From Octopus sinensis (taxonomy: Eukaryota): DNA of 64,000 nucleotides. The position numbers and the translations under genes are program-made. A model generated the notes under the pieces. The model was not told the DNA's origin. It did not search any database and was given only the letters and a program-made list of their open reading frames with translations. Location: contig NC_043006.1 of assembly GCF_006345805.1 (NCBI RefSeq), positions 39,618,001 through 39,682,000 on the forward strand, written 5' to 3'. Positions 38,127-52,289 of the stretch are shown piece after piece (within the stretch, counting starts at the first letter, position 1; each line of letters opens with the position of its first letter).

Positions 38127-38913
38127 CTTTTATCTATATATAATGTTCTAATATCTACACAGCCTTGGTTTTTCTTTATCTCATTACGTAAAAATTCTTA
38201 TATATATATATATATATATTATGTATGTATATATATATACATACATATATATGTATGTATATATAAATATATATATATAGGTATGTATGTATATGTATGT
38301 ATATATAATATATATATAGGTATGTCTATATATAAATATAGGTATGTATAGTAATATATATTATATACATATATATATATATGTATATATATAATATATA
38401 TATATATAAATATATGTATGTATGTATGTATGTAATATATTAATATATATATGTATATATATATATATATATATATGAGTGTGTGTGTATGTATATATAT
38501 GTATATATATATATGTGTGTGTAATGTATATATATGTATATATATGTGTGTGTGTATGTATATATGTATATATATATTATAAATATGTGTGTGTATGTAT
38601 ATATATGTATATATATATTATATATATATATATGAGTGTGTGTGTATGTATATATATGTATATAATATATATGTGTGTGTATGTATATATATGTATATAT
38701 ATGTGTGTATTATATATATGTATATATATATATATAAATATGTGTGTGTATGTTAAATATATAGATAATATATATATATATATATATAATATATGAGTGT
38801 GTGTGTAGTATATATATGTATATATATTATATATATAATATATATATATATATATATTATGTATATATATATGTATGTATATATATATATGTATATATAT
38901 ATATATGTTATAT

Positions 38914-39084
38914 AGCGAGAAAGAAGCAACAAGAATGGATAGGTTTTTAGTACGATCGTTTCCATACAAGGACAGGTTTTATTAAAAGTTGCAAAGATTA
39001 CAATCTTGCAACTTTTAATAAAACCTGTCCTGTATGAAACGATCGTACTAAAAACCTATCCATTCTTGTTGCTTCTTTCTCGCT
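38914..39084. repeat. Near-perfect palindrome (86 and 83 nt arms, 2 nt loop)
   Basis: Arms are identical except for three extra homopolymer bases in the left arm. Confidence 0.95.
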
Positions 39085-39387
39085 TATAATCACCCCACAT
39101 TACTGTACTGTTACATCAGTATAGTTTTTTTTGGTGCATCTAAGTTAGGTACCATATTCAAGTAATTCTTTAAATTAACTTGAATCTTTATTGCTCTTTG
39201 AATATATGTATATATATAATATATATAGATATATATGTAAGTATGTATATATATATATATATGTGTGTGTATGTATATATATGTATGCATATATATATGT
39301 ATGTTAATATACATATATGTATGCATATATACATATATGTATGCATATATACATATATGTATGCATATATACATATATGTATGCATA

Positions 39388-39421
<34 letters not shown>

Positions 39422-39486
39422 ATATATCTTATATATAATATATATATCTTATATATATACATATATATATATATTATATATATATA

Positions 39487-39524
<38 letters not shown>

Positions 39525-39599
39525 TATTGGAAAAGCAACCAACGTCAGTATAGAATCACAAATACAGCAGTTGGTGAAATCGAGAAAGTGTGTGTGCTG

Positions 39600-39930
39600 C
39601 TGCTGAGGATGATGATATCAACGACGACGATGATGATGATGATAGTTGATGATAGTTGATGGTAGTAGTGGTGATGGTGGTGGTAGTCGTAGTCGTGTAA
39701 TGATGATATGACGATGAGGATGATGACATCACCGACGATGACGATTACATTAACGACAACGTCGATGACGATGATGGTGGGGGTGTGGTGGTGGTGGCAA
39801 TGATGACGATGATGACATCAACGGCGATGACGATGATGATATCAATGGCGATGACGATGATGATGATGATGACGATGACAATAACGACGATGATGATGAT
39901 GATGATGGTGAGCATCATCATGTTTAAAAT
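39600..39930. repeat. Compound (GAT)/(GAC)/(GGT) trinucleotide tract
   Basis: Direct reading of the sequence. Confidence 0.9.
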
Positions 39931-41159
39931 GATGACGTTAATGAAAGATACCATGTCAAAACGGAAAACCGCCATATTACTATTAGGCGAAGTGAAGGTA
40001 ATTAAAACCAGCCATTTAACCAAAAGATTAGAAATCTTGCAGGCAGATTCCTTACTTCTCTACTCACTGCCCTACCTCAGACCCCATTAACAAACCTCTT
40101 ACACGAAACACACAATGGATGTGGATTTATAAAGCACCTCGTCAAAATGAATTAGCAGAACATAATTCCAAGAGGTGATACCAAATTGCTACGCGTAATA
40201 AAAATTAATAAAAAAATTATTTGAAACCATACAGTGTAGACGGATTAGATATATCTTCCAAATATATTTTAATAATTGAAAAATTTACTAAAACAGATAA
40301 CATCAGACAGTGCTGAAATTCGAGAAGAAGACCAGAACCCCGATTTGAATATTTGAATGTTGTTGGAACTCGAGTACAACGCACAGAAATGAAAGAGAAG
40401 GTTTGAAAGGCGTTCAGAGGTGTGAAACTGATATGAAAATCCCAACTTGATGCTAGAAATAGTGAAAACAGCTACAAGTGAATTGATTATCAGTGACTGG
40501 TAAAAGCGCGGTAAAATTGCTCCGAAGCCCTCACCGCACAGCTAAGAGAGATAAATTATCATTGCCACTACCACAGACAGAGAAAACTGAGTGTGATATT
40601 AAAAGGTAACATCATTAGATTTAGAAAAAGAAGTGATCGTGGAGATGCGAGTTTTAATAATGAGACATAAATTCTTAAGAACATTATCCGTTCACCCATC
40701 CGTCTTTTCCGCCCGCTATTCCTGGAAATGTGAAATCCTGGAAATCCTCAAGCACCTCCAACATAGGGCTCTATTAGAAGTGATTATTATTACACTCTCA
40801 ATGCAGTTGTAGGTAGTTCCACTCTAGGGTTCTATAGAGGACTAGTGGAGGGGAAGTGCGACGACGTTGTCGGAGAAATTATAGGCATCGACGAGGATCA
40901 ACTAACCGGTCTGTTTCGGAGAACTTTCGGGCCTAGGTCTATTGATAACTTCCCTAAATCACTTGCCTGACAGTGTTGCCTACTTAGCGTTGATGAAATA
41001 ATGAAGTAAAGCGCGTACCATTTGAGTATTGGAGTCGATGAAATCAGCTAATCCTCTCTTGCGAAATTTCAGACCTTGTGTCTGTAGTAGAAATATTAAA
41101 ACGTGGTAGCGTCTTTATGTTCTGAGTTCAAATTTCACCGAGGTTGACTCTATCTTTAG

Positions 41160-41525
41160 TGGCACTCCGTCGGTAACAACGAGAGTTCTAGTTCATACGA
41201 TTAACGGAACAGCCTGCTCGTGAAATTAACGTGCAAGTGGTTGAGTACTTCACAGACATATGTATCATCAATGTAGTTCTCGGGGGGAGATTCAGCGTGA
41301 GAGAGAGAGAGAGTGTGTGGCAGAGCTAGCCCTTTGAAATACAGGTTCAACAGAAACAAGAAGAAAGAGTGAGGAGAGTTGTGGTGAAAGAGTACACCAG
41401 GGTTCGCCACCCACCTGCCGGAGCATTTTGGCTCAATAAACACTCACAACGCTCCGTCTGGAAATCGAAACCGCGCTCCTACAACCGCGAGTCCCTTGCC
41501 CTAACTACTGGACCATTATGCCTCC
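41160..41525 (-). mobile_element. SINE family C, full length
   Basis: Minus head ggaggcataatggtccagtagttagggcaagggactcgcggttgtaggagcgcggtttcgatttcc and tail accgacggagtgccac. Confidence 0.85.
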
Positions 41526-41899
41526 AAACTCTATCGTTAATCATTTAGGTTAATAAAAATAAGTACCATTTGAGCACGGGAGTCGATTCAATCGACTTAA
41601 CCCTCCTCAGAAATTTTGTACAAGCATTTAATACCAGTATCTTATCTGTCGCGTTAATGGTTCTGCCAGCTTGCCTCCTTATTGCCACCTGTTAATGTAA
41701 CATAATTCATACAACACATACTCTATACAATCACTGATAAATTCTAAAACACTAAATGCCAATCGCACAGTACGTACAAGATACAAATAACCATCCCTCC
41801 CACCAAATTTCAAAGATGAATTTCCATATACTCCGCACAGCAGCCGAAACGCTACTTTATTCAAGTTTAATGATACAGGGTCCGTTGTTCTCAACAGAT

Positions 41900-41965
41900 T
41901 TAAATATAACACAACTTTATATATATGTATGTGTGCGTGTGTGCCTATGTATGTGGATATATATG

Positions 41966-42011
<46 letters not shown>

Positions 42012-42521
42012 TATATTTATATATATGTATGTATGTATATATGTATATATATATGTATATATATGTATATATATATGTATATATATATATATGCATATAC
42101 ATATATATATATGTGTGTGTATATATATGTTTATATGTGTGCATATATATGTATATACAAATATATATATGTGTGTATATATATGTGTATATATGTATGT
42201 ATGTATATACATATATGTATATATGTACATATATGTATATATGTATGTTTATGTATATATGTATGTATATGTACATATATAAATATGTATATATAAATAT
42301 GTATATATATATATGTATATATAAATATGTATATATGTATATATGTATATATAAATATTTATATATGTATATGTATATATATGTATATATATATATTTAT
42401 GTATATATATGTATATATATGTATATATATACATGTATATATATTATGTATAATATATTATATATATATATGTAAATGTATTATATATATATATATATAT
42501 GTATATATATGTATATGTATA

Positions 42522-42572
<51 letters not shown>

Positions 42573-42700
42573 GTATATATATATATATATATGTGTGTGT
42601 GTATATATATATATGTATATATATATGTATATATATGCATATATATATATACATATATACATATATATGTGTGTGTGGTGTGTGTGTGTGTGTGTATTAG
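41900..42700. repeat. About 800 bp (TA)/(TATG)/(TG) tract
   Basis: Direct reading of the sequence. Confidence 0.95.
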
Positions 42701-43425
42701 CTTTATTGTTCACAAGAGGGAACCTTTTTCTATGAGCTATTTTTAATTGTAAAGCCTGAACTTTGGCTGTATCATGAGAGAAAATTAGAATATTTATCAA
42801 TGCCATCCCTCCAGGAATTAGAGCAATATAATATGCTAACCAGTGACAGTTATTTAAATGAGAGAATTCTCAAGCACACATTTCAACAGAGAATTTTTTT
42901 TTATTTAACATAGTTTTCGTTTATTTCGTTAATAGAAAACCATCGTTCGTTCAGCAAGGACTCCGTTGCCTCGAATTTCGCGTTTCCGAAGTAACTAACA
43001 AGTAACGTTTAAGAAAGTCATCAATTTACGACAAACAAGATAAATATTTTACAGTAAATATGTAGCAAACATCTTTGTTTTCTCCGCGTAATTCTTCGTA
43101 ACAGAAGTAATACACACACAGGTACGCTTAGCTACATTAGCTCACTCTCTGACCATCAAGTAGACGTTGTCTCAACAGAGGCACTGCGAGCCGCGTGTCA
43201 AGTGTCAAAGTAACCGCAGACCCAGTCTAGGAATTGAAATCAAGATCGCTATCTCGTGAGGGCAACAGCCGAACCACTACGCCATGCGTGTTTATATATG
43301 TATATATACATGCGTGTATATATATATATGTATAGGCCATGTGTCTATATATATTTATATAGATTACCTGTGAACTAAAGACCCATATTTTGTATTTTGT
43401 GTGTATATATATATATATATATCTA

Positions 43426-43471
<46 letters not shown>

Positions 43472-43475
<4 letters not shown>

Positions 43476-45405
43476 GGAAAAAGATCATTTGCAGACAAAC
43501 ATTAAAAACCTCCACTGAAAATAAATGAGGTACAGATGAACAGTGGGTAATCAAAAGAAGAAAAAAAAATCAAACAGAACCCAAAAGTATCCTGTTCATA
43601 TGCAAATAAGTATAGGACGGCTGTCTCATCTGTTGGTCCATTGATCGATGATAACAGCATTCTCCAAAATGATACTAAAGAAATGGCAAAACCACTGCAG
43701 AAACAATACTGCTCTGTGTTTAGTGATCCCAGTGATATTGACTTAAGGGATGTGAACGAAGTCGATTCCCAACATAAAATCTCGGACATAACCTTTACTG
43801 CTTCAGACATCAGGGTAGCAATAAATGAGATCAAATACTATTCTGGTTAATGCCCTGATAGATTACTCGCTAGTTTCCTGATTGAATGTAGACACCAACT
43901 TGCAGTCCCTCTGACCAACCTTTGGAGAAATTCTTTAGACACAGGATATATACCGAAACAGCTCCTATCCCACTTCGTCATCCTGGTTTTCAAACAGGGA
44001 AACAGATCCCTCGCAGACTACTATCGTCCAATCTCACTCACCTCTCATATCATTAAAGTGTTTGAAAGAGTGGTGAGAGCCACAATCTCCTAAATTCAAC
44101 CAGCATGACTTTTGCTGCAGTAGGGACTGTCTAACACAGCTCTTACACTTTGATGAAGTCCTTAAAGCCTTGGGATAAGGTTCGAACCCTGTTGTCATAT
44201 ATCTTGACTTCAATAAAACGTTCGACAGAGTCGACCAGAATATCCTACAGTCAAAATTGTCAAATGCTGGAATCCGTAGAAAACTACTACACTGGTTTGA
44301 GCATTCCCTGGAGAACAGAACAACTTGTGATCGGTAGAATCCACTCAAGCCCAGCAAAAGTCACCAGTGTCTTGGGCCCGCTCTTCTTTAGAGTCTATAT
44401 AAACGACCTTTCCAGCGTCATAAAACACAGCAAAGTGAAAATATTCGTTGATGACCCCCAAGCTCCAGAAAATTATGAATGGAGAAGACCGAATTGAACT
44501 CTAGTCTGATCTATATGCTGTGAGTCAAAGGTCAGACAAAATGCAACTAAACGAGGGAACATTTGAGCTGACGCATTTTGGAAGAAAGACTATGCTAAAA
44601 CAGCCATACTTTCTTCCTCTTCATGGGAACCTCTTACAGCATTTAATATTACCAGGAGTAATTGTTGGCAACAATCTCAGCTGGAGCGCTCACATCAACA
44701 ATAAGGTCGATATAACTCGTAGGATGTGCTCTTGGATCCTAAGAATATTTCGGTTCAGAATACAAGGTTTCATCAATTTCTCTTTTCTCCTCCTTTGTAT
44801 GGCCACATCGCCAATACTGCTTTCTCATATAAAACAAAGCATTTCGAAAATTGAATCACTCCAGAGGGCATTCACTAAAAGAATTAAAGGCATGACTGAT
44901 CTCCATTATTGCGACTGCCCTAAAGTATTGAAACTCTATTCTCTCCAGCGCCGCCGTGAGCGATACATCATTTGCACGGTGTGGAAAATGTATACCACCA
45001 GCATTACCCAGATGACCTCAACTTTAGTTTCAGATTTCATCCAAGGCTAGGACCACGTGCCATACGTCCCCTGCCCACTTCAGAATCACAACACATAAAT
45101 ACACTGCAACACAATTTCTTTTCCTGAACAGGCCCTGATCTATTTAACATTGTCCCGAAACAGGGCAAAGAGGAAAAGGATCCTGTTACCATTAAACGGA
45201 ATCTGGACAAATTTCTCCAAGGTATATTAGATAAGCTACCTGTACTTGGACACAACTTACTCAACAAGAACTGCCTACACGAATGGACCATGAAAACACA
45301 AAGCTTCACTTAAAAGAATTTAGCAAGCCCTATCAGGTGGTGATATTAAGTTAGACATGGCTTGGAGCAATTTTTAGTTCAAACATATCTAAGATATCAA
45401 AGTTT
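43472..45405 (+). mobile_element. 5'-truncated, decayed CR1-group LINE
   Basis: KEMAKPLQKQYCSVFSDP, YRPISLTSHIIKVFERVV, SLQRRRERYIICTVWK. 3' end aggtggtgatattaagttagacatggc matches 55.6 kb. Many stops; (TA)n on both sides. Confidence 0.88.
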
Positions 45406-45632
45406 TATATATATATATATATATGTCTCGTTTCTCTGGGTTTTTTTTCGTTCTCCGAAAAAAGTTCGTTTCTATGTTTTTGTTTTTGTTTTAGTTTCTC
45501 ATTGTGTTCAATGTCTTTTTGATGTCCTGTATAAATACATATATATGTAGGTAGTACATATATGTATGTATATATGCATATATTTATATAGTTTTTATAT
45601 TATATGATCGAACGCCACGCATCCTTTTCCAA

Positions 45633-45732
45633 NNNNNNNNNNNNNNNNNNNNNNNNNNNNNNNNNNNNNNNNNNNNNNNNNNNNNNNNNNNNNNNNNNNN
45701 NNNNNNNNNNNNNNNNNNNNNNNNNNNNNNNN
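45633..45732. other. Assembly gap (100 N)
   Basis: Run of exactly 100 N. Confidence 1.
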
Positions 45733-45918
45733 TGCACTCCTTTGGACTTCGGCATCAAGTCCGAGAGAAGAATCCTGACGATTGGGCCACCCAGGTTTTT
45801 CTTATATCTAGCCCAGGCCTGCGCAAAACTGGAGAGGACAAAATGTAAAAAGCAGACTGGATTAGTTTATGCGCAACTCCATTCTCTCCTGAGACAAAAG
45901 GATGCCAACAACAACATA

Positions 45919-45964
<46 letters not shown>

Positions 45965-45982
45965 ATATATAATATATATATA

Positions 45983-46016
<34 letters not shown>

Positions 46017-48805
46017 AATGTTGATATATGTATATGTATTACGTGTGCGTAACTCTTCTTCACCAACGAGTGAGTCTATACACGGTAGGTCGTTCGATCT
46101 ACTAATGAAAGCAGCCAATTTTTCCTTCAATCTTAACTTCCTTCCAAAAACACAAGTCATCTGTTCGTAGGTGAATTAAAAATACATAAAATTTATTGTT
46201 GCAACACTTTTGACCATGTATCAGTTCAATCAAGGCTGATCTGGGTTAAAACAACAATAATAACATCTAAAACAACGGACGAAGAAGAAATTAGAGGAAA
46301 AAAATGAATGCTTTGTGTCTTTATTGTTTTGGGGAAGGAAGCATCGTTTTGCTTATTATATGCATTAACGCTGTTTTGAAGCCAGTCAAGCTGAGGTAAT
46401 CAAACCTGAGATAGAAATTCTGTTTTCCGTGCAATTACTTCCGAAATGCTACTTATTGTAGATTTTCGTACCTGATTTAGTAATGATGAATAATAAAAAA
46501 TGTATGCGAATATAAGATAATGAAGTGATTTTCGCGATTGTTGCAAATCAAATAAGGGGGAATAATGACAGTAAAAATTCGTAAATGTGAACTGAGAAAA
46601 AATACCGTGTGAGGTTAAAAATAGAAGTAATGTAGGCCCATATGTTGAATATGTATAAAAGAAACAACTGTTGGAGATATACTTTTATATCAATGGAAAA
46701 TTTAGTCATGCTGAATATGATGTGATGTTCGTATTCAGTATATCAAAGCAAACTCGTACCAATTAGTATTTTTCTATAACTAACACTTACCATTCGAATG
46801 TTCACGGCTGATATAAAATACTCAATTGTGCAAAGATAAAAAAAAAAAACATAAAGAGAAGACAATATAGGAAGATAAATAAAAAAATACTGAACATCAA
46901 ACTTGGTATTATATGCAGTGGAAAAAATATACATGAATATGGTTGAAAAGGAGAATGGCGAAAAGTCTATATACACGACTAAACAAGACTTGAAAAAGTA
47001 TCCTACAAAATGTCGGAAGCTATAATTGTATTCCACTGACACCCGATATTGTTCTATTTCGTATTCTATACAATAATTATTGGGTAAAAACAGAACTTAC
47101 GCATGGCCAAAACTGGAATGTTTGAAGAATCTACAAAATGAAGTTAACAATTGATCAATTTGGATTTGGCATTAAATGAAACGTTCCCTCTCGGGATTTT
47201 CTAAAAGTCTTAAACAAAAAAATGAAACATAAAACAAACTCCATATTTTTTTAATTCTTTTTTTTTTTCCGTTTCTTTCTTCCTCTCTTTATTTCATGCC
47301 ATTTCAGTTCTAGGATTAGCATTCGAAACATATCATAAAGATTTTTCTATCATATATATATATTTTTCATCAATACAGCTTTCTATTTTGAGATTCTCTA
47401 TTGTCGTATTTTCCTTGTTCATATATTTTCCCTAAATTTATTTATATTTCATTTCCTTCCATTTTTAATGTTTTAATATCTTCATCTTATTTTCTTTGTT
47501 AAATTCAAAGTTACGCTTTCATTTCGCACTTTGCAGTTCTGCTTCATTTTGAGTAATATTACTTGTTTTTAGTTTCTTTCTTCTAGAAAGTCTTTGAGTC
47601 CTTTTGATCAATGTTGTACACGCAGAGAGGCGTAGCTGAATCTCGAAACTGTAGGAGACTTTCTTAATCTTATTCTTTAATCCCAGGACGTTGGGGAAAT
47701 TAAGCTTAGCAGCTTCCATATTGCTATACCATTTACTTGAATCATTTTATTTGAGCTTTGCTTTTTCCATCCATATAATTTTACTCCACGTATCTTTATT
47801 TCTTTAAAATTTCATACTTGTCATACTCTCTCACTTCACACACATTTTCATTCATAGTTTTTCCTTTACCTTCTTATCCTCCATTACCGTCTTTTTCCTT
47901 TCGATGTCTTTTTTTATCTTTTCCACTTTCATATTTCCACAAAAGAATCAAATCTTTTTCGTGCTTTAGAAACTTCTGGAATTAAAAATATCGAATACAA
48001 ATATTCACTAAAGATTACTATTTCTTTTGTTTTTGTTTTTTGTTTTTTTGTTTTTTTTTGTTTTTTTCCAAAATCGACATTTGGTAATTGATTTTTGGTG
48101 AAATATACAAAAAAGTATGAGTTTGAGATCTTATTTTTATATTTTGATCTGATATAACATTGATTCTGAAAGTCGACCCATAGCCTACTCCTCAATCACT
48201 CTAAAACAAAGGCAGTGATAAAGCAATTGAGAAAAACCAGCACAATTGCAGTTCGATCTGTATTACGGACCAGTGGTTACGTTAAATGAGGTTAGTAAAT
48301 GGATGTTCAGCATCCGACAGCAAAAAGCTTATATTCATATGTTGACACAAAACTATTGCAACAGACGAAGTAATATTTTCCAATACGTTCGTCTTGCGTT
48401 CGTATCCGTATAATGGATTTCGTTTCACAAGTTGGCACCATAAAAGCGTCTGCGGTGTAACAAAATATATGCCAGTCCTTATCTCCCTGCAATAACGTCC
48501 TTATTTCCTTGTAATAATCATCAGCGATCGAGATGATGATAATCGGTAGTAAATTCTATTGAAATTAAATCATTTTCACATGAAAATCCATGTTTTCAAA
48601 GAATCTAAAATAGAGATTTAGCATAAGAAAAATTATTATGCGATACTTAAAATAACTAAGTGTTCGAATTATAAATGATATGCTCAAACACACACAGGCC
48701 AAAACATACATATATGCTCCTAAAAATGCATGCACGTATATAAATAAGTGCACACAAAAATACATATATATAAATACACATACATACATGTATAAAAGAA
48801 AAGTT

Positions 48806-48859
<54 letters not shown>

Positions 48860-50176
48860 ATGTTCTTTCTAAAGGTAAGACAAATTTATTTATGTTTACT
48901 GCTCTCACACGTCTTTGCCACCAGTATATACACATTAAAGCTTTACTATAGCGTCGTAAATGTATCGACTGCTATTTCCAGTAAACATTGGTGCTTTGTT
49001 GTACCACTACTATATGTATATATATATATGTGTGTGTGTGTATATATACATATATATATATGTATGTATATATACATATATATATATGTATGTATGTATG
49101 TATGTATATATGTATGTATATACATACATACATACATATATATATACATATGTATGTACGTAAATATCTATGTATATTGTCTATATAAACATTTAAATCT
49201 TTACATATGTATGTATATGGTTACATGTATATTTAATAAACTCAAATACACGCAGATACATATTTATTTCGATACACTTACATACATACAATTCATATAT
49301 GTATCATATGATATCTCGACGAGAGTAAACTTAATGATGTACATGCCAAATTCTAAATTACTTAAAATTTCAATCAAAATGAGACTACGGAAATAAAGAC
49401 TCATCAGCAATCGTTATCAATGTTAAATTAGAAGCGGGGATGATTTAAAGAATACATTCACTTTTAGATTAGCATACTTCGGAAACTTTATTACTCAGCC
49501 AAGAAGGTACTGAATTATTTTAATCCGTTATCAGTTGTTTAAAAATCATGAAACAGAATGGGGAGAATACTGTGCTGATGAGACTAAAGATTAGTCAAAA
49601 TACATGTTCTTACCTGCTGCAAAACATGTATATTGATTAACGAGAATTTGAGTGCGTTCATGACCATTTTCGGGTCCTCGAAGTCTAATGAGAGGATGGG
49701 AAAAATTTATGACCAACTCCAGAGTTCTTTTTCAGTTCTTTACAAAAGAGTGAACGGACAGACTAAGTGTCATACTAAGTCAGTCATCAAAAAAATACTA
49801 TTCATTTATGGACATTCCAAGTTCTCCATTATTTGGTCGGCTCTGCATTGTGGGAAACGACACCTACCTTTCTTGTCCTCATCTGTAATCTGGAATCACA
49901 TTGCTGAGGAGCGAGTTTCTTAAGCACACAGCCATAACCACGCAGTGTGTATGGCTTGAGAGGTATGAATGGCTTGAGAGGTGAGGGAATATCGTATGTG
50001 TTTAACATATTTGGTGAGAAGGACGTCATTATAATCATTTGTCTTGAAAATCAAATACTCTGAAAGATTTATCGCATACACTACAAAGGTTTATTTTATA
50101 AAAGGTACAGGTAGCTTTTTGCCTGTCTATCTGTTTATATGTATGTGTGTATGTATTGATATATATGTATGTATGT

Positions 50177-50409
50177 AAGGCGGCGAGCTGGCAGAAACGT
50201 TAGCACGCTGGGTGAACTGCGTAGCCGTATTTCGTCTGTCGTTACGTTCCGAGTTCAAATTCCGCCGAGGTCGACTTTGCCTTTCATCCTTTCGGGGTCG
50301 ATAAATTAAGTACTAGTTACGCACTGGGGTCGATGTAATCGACTTGATCCCTTTGTCTGTCCTTGTTTGTCCCCTCTGTGTTTAGCCCCTTGTGGGTAGT
50401 AAAGAAATA
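50177..50409 (+). mobile_element. Full-length SINE family B (Nin-domain-like core)
   Basis: aaggcggcgagctggcagaaacgttagcacg...gagttcaaattcc...gcctttcatcctttcggggtcgataaattaagtac...gtagtaaagaaata. atatatgtatgtatg on both flanks is TSD-like. Confidence 0.88.
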
Positions 50410-50734
50410 TATATATGTATGTATGCCATTTAGAGAAAGAGCCGGTTTGCTCTATCGCTATTGGCGAATAATCTTGAAATAAAGTGAATAATTACCTACA
50501 TACATACATAAATGATGAACTTCAGGAAAATTTCACAGATTTTTACAGTTCCAGTGATGGCTTAGATCTGTAGTCTTCGAATCAACTTTCTCGTTTCTGG
50601 TTTTGAGAATCCAAATTTCTCAAGAGTGGTATTTAGGCAGTATGTTACATATACCAGTGCCTCAATATCTACAAGCATAAACCTGAACTTGTAATCTGGA
50701 TAGAGTATGTGCAGATTTCTAAGCAGTTCAGCGT

Positions 50735-51130
50735 ATGTATGTAGTATGTATGTATGTATGTATGTATGTATGTATGTATGTATGTATGTATGTATGTATG
50801 TATGTATGTATGTATGTATGTATGTATGTATGTATGTGTGTTATGTATGTATGTATGTATGTATGTATGCATGTATGTATGTGTGCGTCTGTGAGTGTGT
50901 ATAGATGTATGTGTGTGTGTCTTTGTGTTTGTTCCATGCCCCACCATTTGACAAACAGTGTTGGTTATTTACGTCCCCACTACTTAGTCGTTCGGCAAAA
51001 GACACCGATAGAGTAAGTAGTAGACTTGGAAATAAGTATCAGTGTCACTCTGTTCGCCTAAAATCCTAAAATCCTAAAAAAAAAAGCGGCGCTCCAGCAT
51101 GGCCGCAGTTCATTAACTCAAAGAAGTTAA
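50735..51130 (+). mobile_element. (TATG)n tract followed by a family A 3' half
   Basis: ...tttacgtccccactacttagtcgttcggcaaaagacaccgatagagtaagta...gcgctccagcatggccgcag. Confidence 0.75.
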
Positions 51131-51952
51131 AGACGAAAGATGAAAGATATGCTGGAAAAAACAAAAAGAAAAGCGTTTATCCAGTTCTCTTTTTGTTTAT
51201 TAATTTATTCCATTTTCTTACATTTTCTCGTCTGGTTATTTAATGTTGATTTTTATTCCTCTTATGTATAGCCTTGTTCTACTGCATTGGAGTTTCCTCC
51301 TACCCCGAGCCTTGATTAAATTTAGCTATTTTTGTTGCGTAATTTACATTGTATTTTTATGGAACAAAACTTGTAGGATGTGTTTCGGGGCGGCATCTAT
51401 AAATACATTGCTGGATGTAGTTCCACAGTGTCTAAAACAGCCAGTCTGCTTTCTTGAATATGGAGATATTTGAAGCTTTTAGATGTGTTCTTGCTTTGTT
51501 CATTAAAGCATGAGAATTTTGTGATGATGTTGGATAAAGAATAAAAAGGAACATAGTGGATTGTTCACCGTATGGCTAAGGTTATGTGTGGAGCAGAAGA
51601 TCGAGGCGAAAGTAGTCGTAGTAGCTACTTTCGTGACGTTAGTGTTTGTGTGTTAGTGTAGAAAGATCATAATTTAAAATACGTCTAGCGTTCATGCTGA
51701 ACCATTGTGTCTGTTATCAGTCTTGTATTCGTGAGTGTTTTGCCGCTGGTGGCAAAAAAATTCTGCGAAATTTTTTGCCACCCTATATTGATTAATTATG
51801 AATTTTCTGGTTAATTCCGTAATGGAATCGGCGGTTTATATTTGCTGCCGATAAATTTGGCGCGAGTGCGATGATTTGAAAAGTTTAGGTCAGATATTGC
51901 TGAGACAGTGGTGGAAGTACCTCGTGTAAATATCTGCTCCGATCTGGCCGTT

Positions 51953-52053
51953 CTTTACTGATGAATCTATCGGCCTATGGAAGACTAGCTTGATTTAATT
52001 TAATCAGGTTAGTTTACCATTAAACAATAGACGAAACGGTGCATCGTATAAAG
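51953..52053 (+). ncRNA. Type-I hammerhead motif (C3-G8) with long stem II
   Basis: cttta CTGATGA atctat...(56 nt, hairpin-forming)...atagac GAAA cggtgcatcg TA taaag. Stem I is 5 bp and stem III is one change away from the palindrome ACGATGCATCGT. Confidence 0.7.
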
Positions 52054-52177
52054 TATTACAGGGTAAATGTTTTTTTAATTTTCTCCTGGTTTACGGAATT
52101 AATGTTGTTTTGCGGTTGAAGCCTTGGCTGTTATTTCTAGTGGGTGAATGGCCTATTATGGCCGTTCCTTGATTTTG

Positions 52178-52220
<43 letters not shown>

Positions 52221-52289
52221 ATATATATATATGCATATACATATATATATGCATATACATATATATACACCACATACATACGTACATTA

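Noticed and set aside
39745-40090. Poly-Met/Thr and poly-Ile ORFs
   Set aside because: Trinucleotide repeat with no convincing exon context or protein family.
47519-47719. Minus ORF with NVLGLKNKIKK, resembling an APE N-terminus
   Set aside because: No downstream APE motifs (ETH, YxP, GDFN) recognisable.
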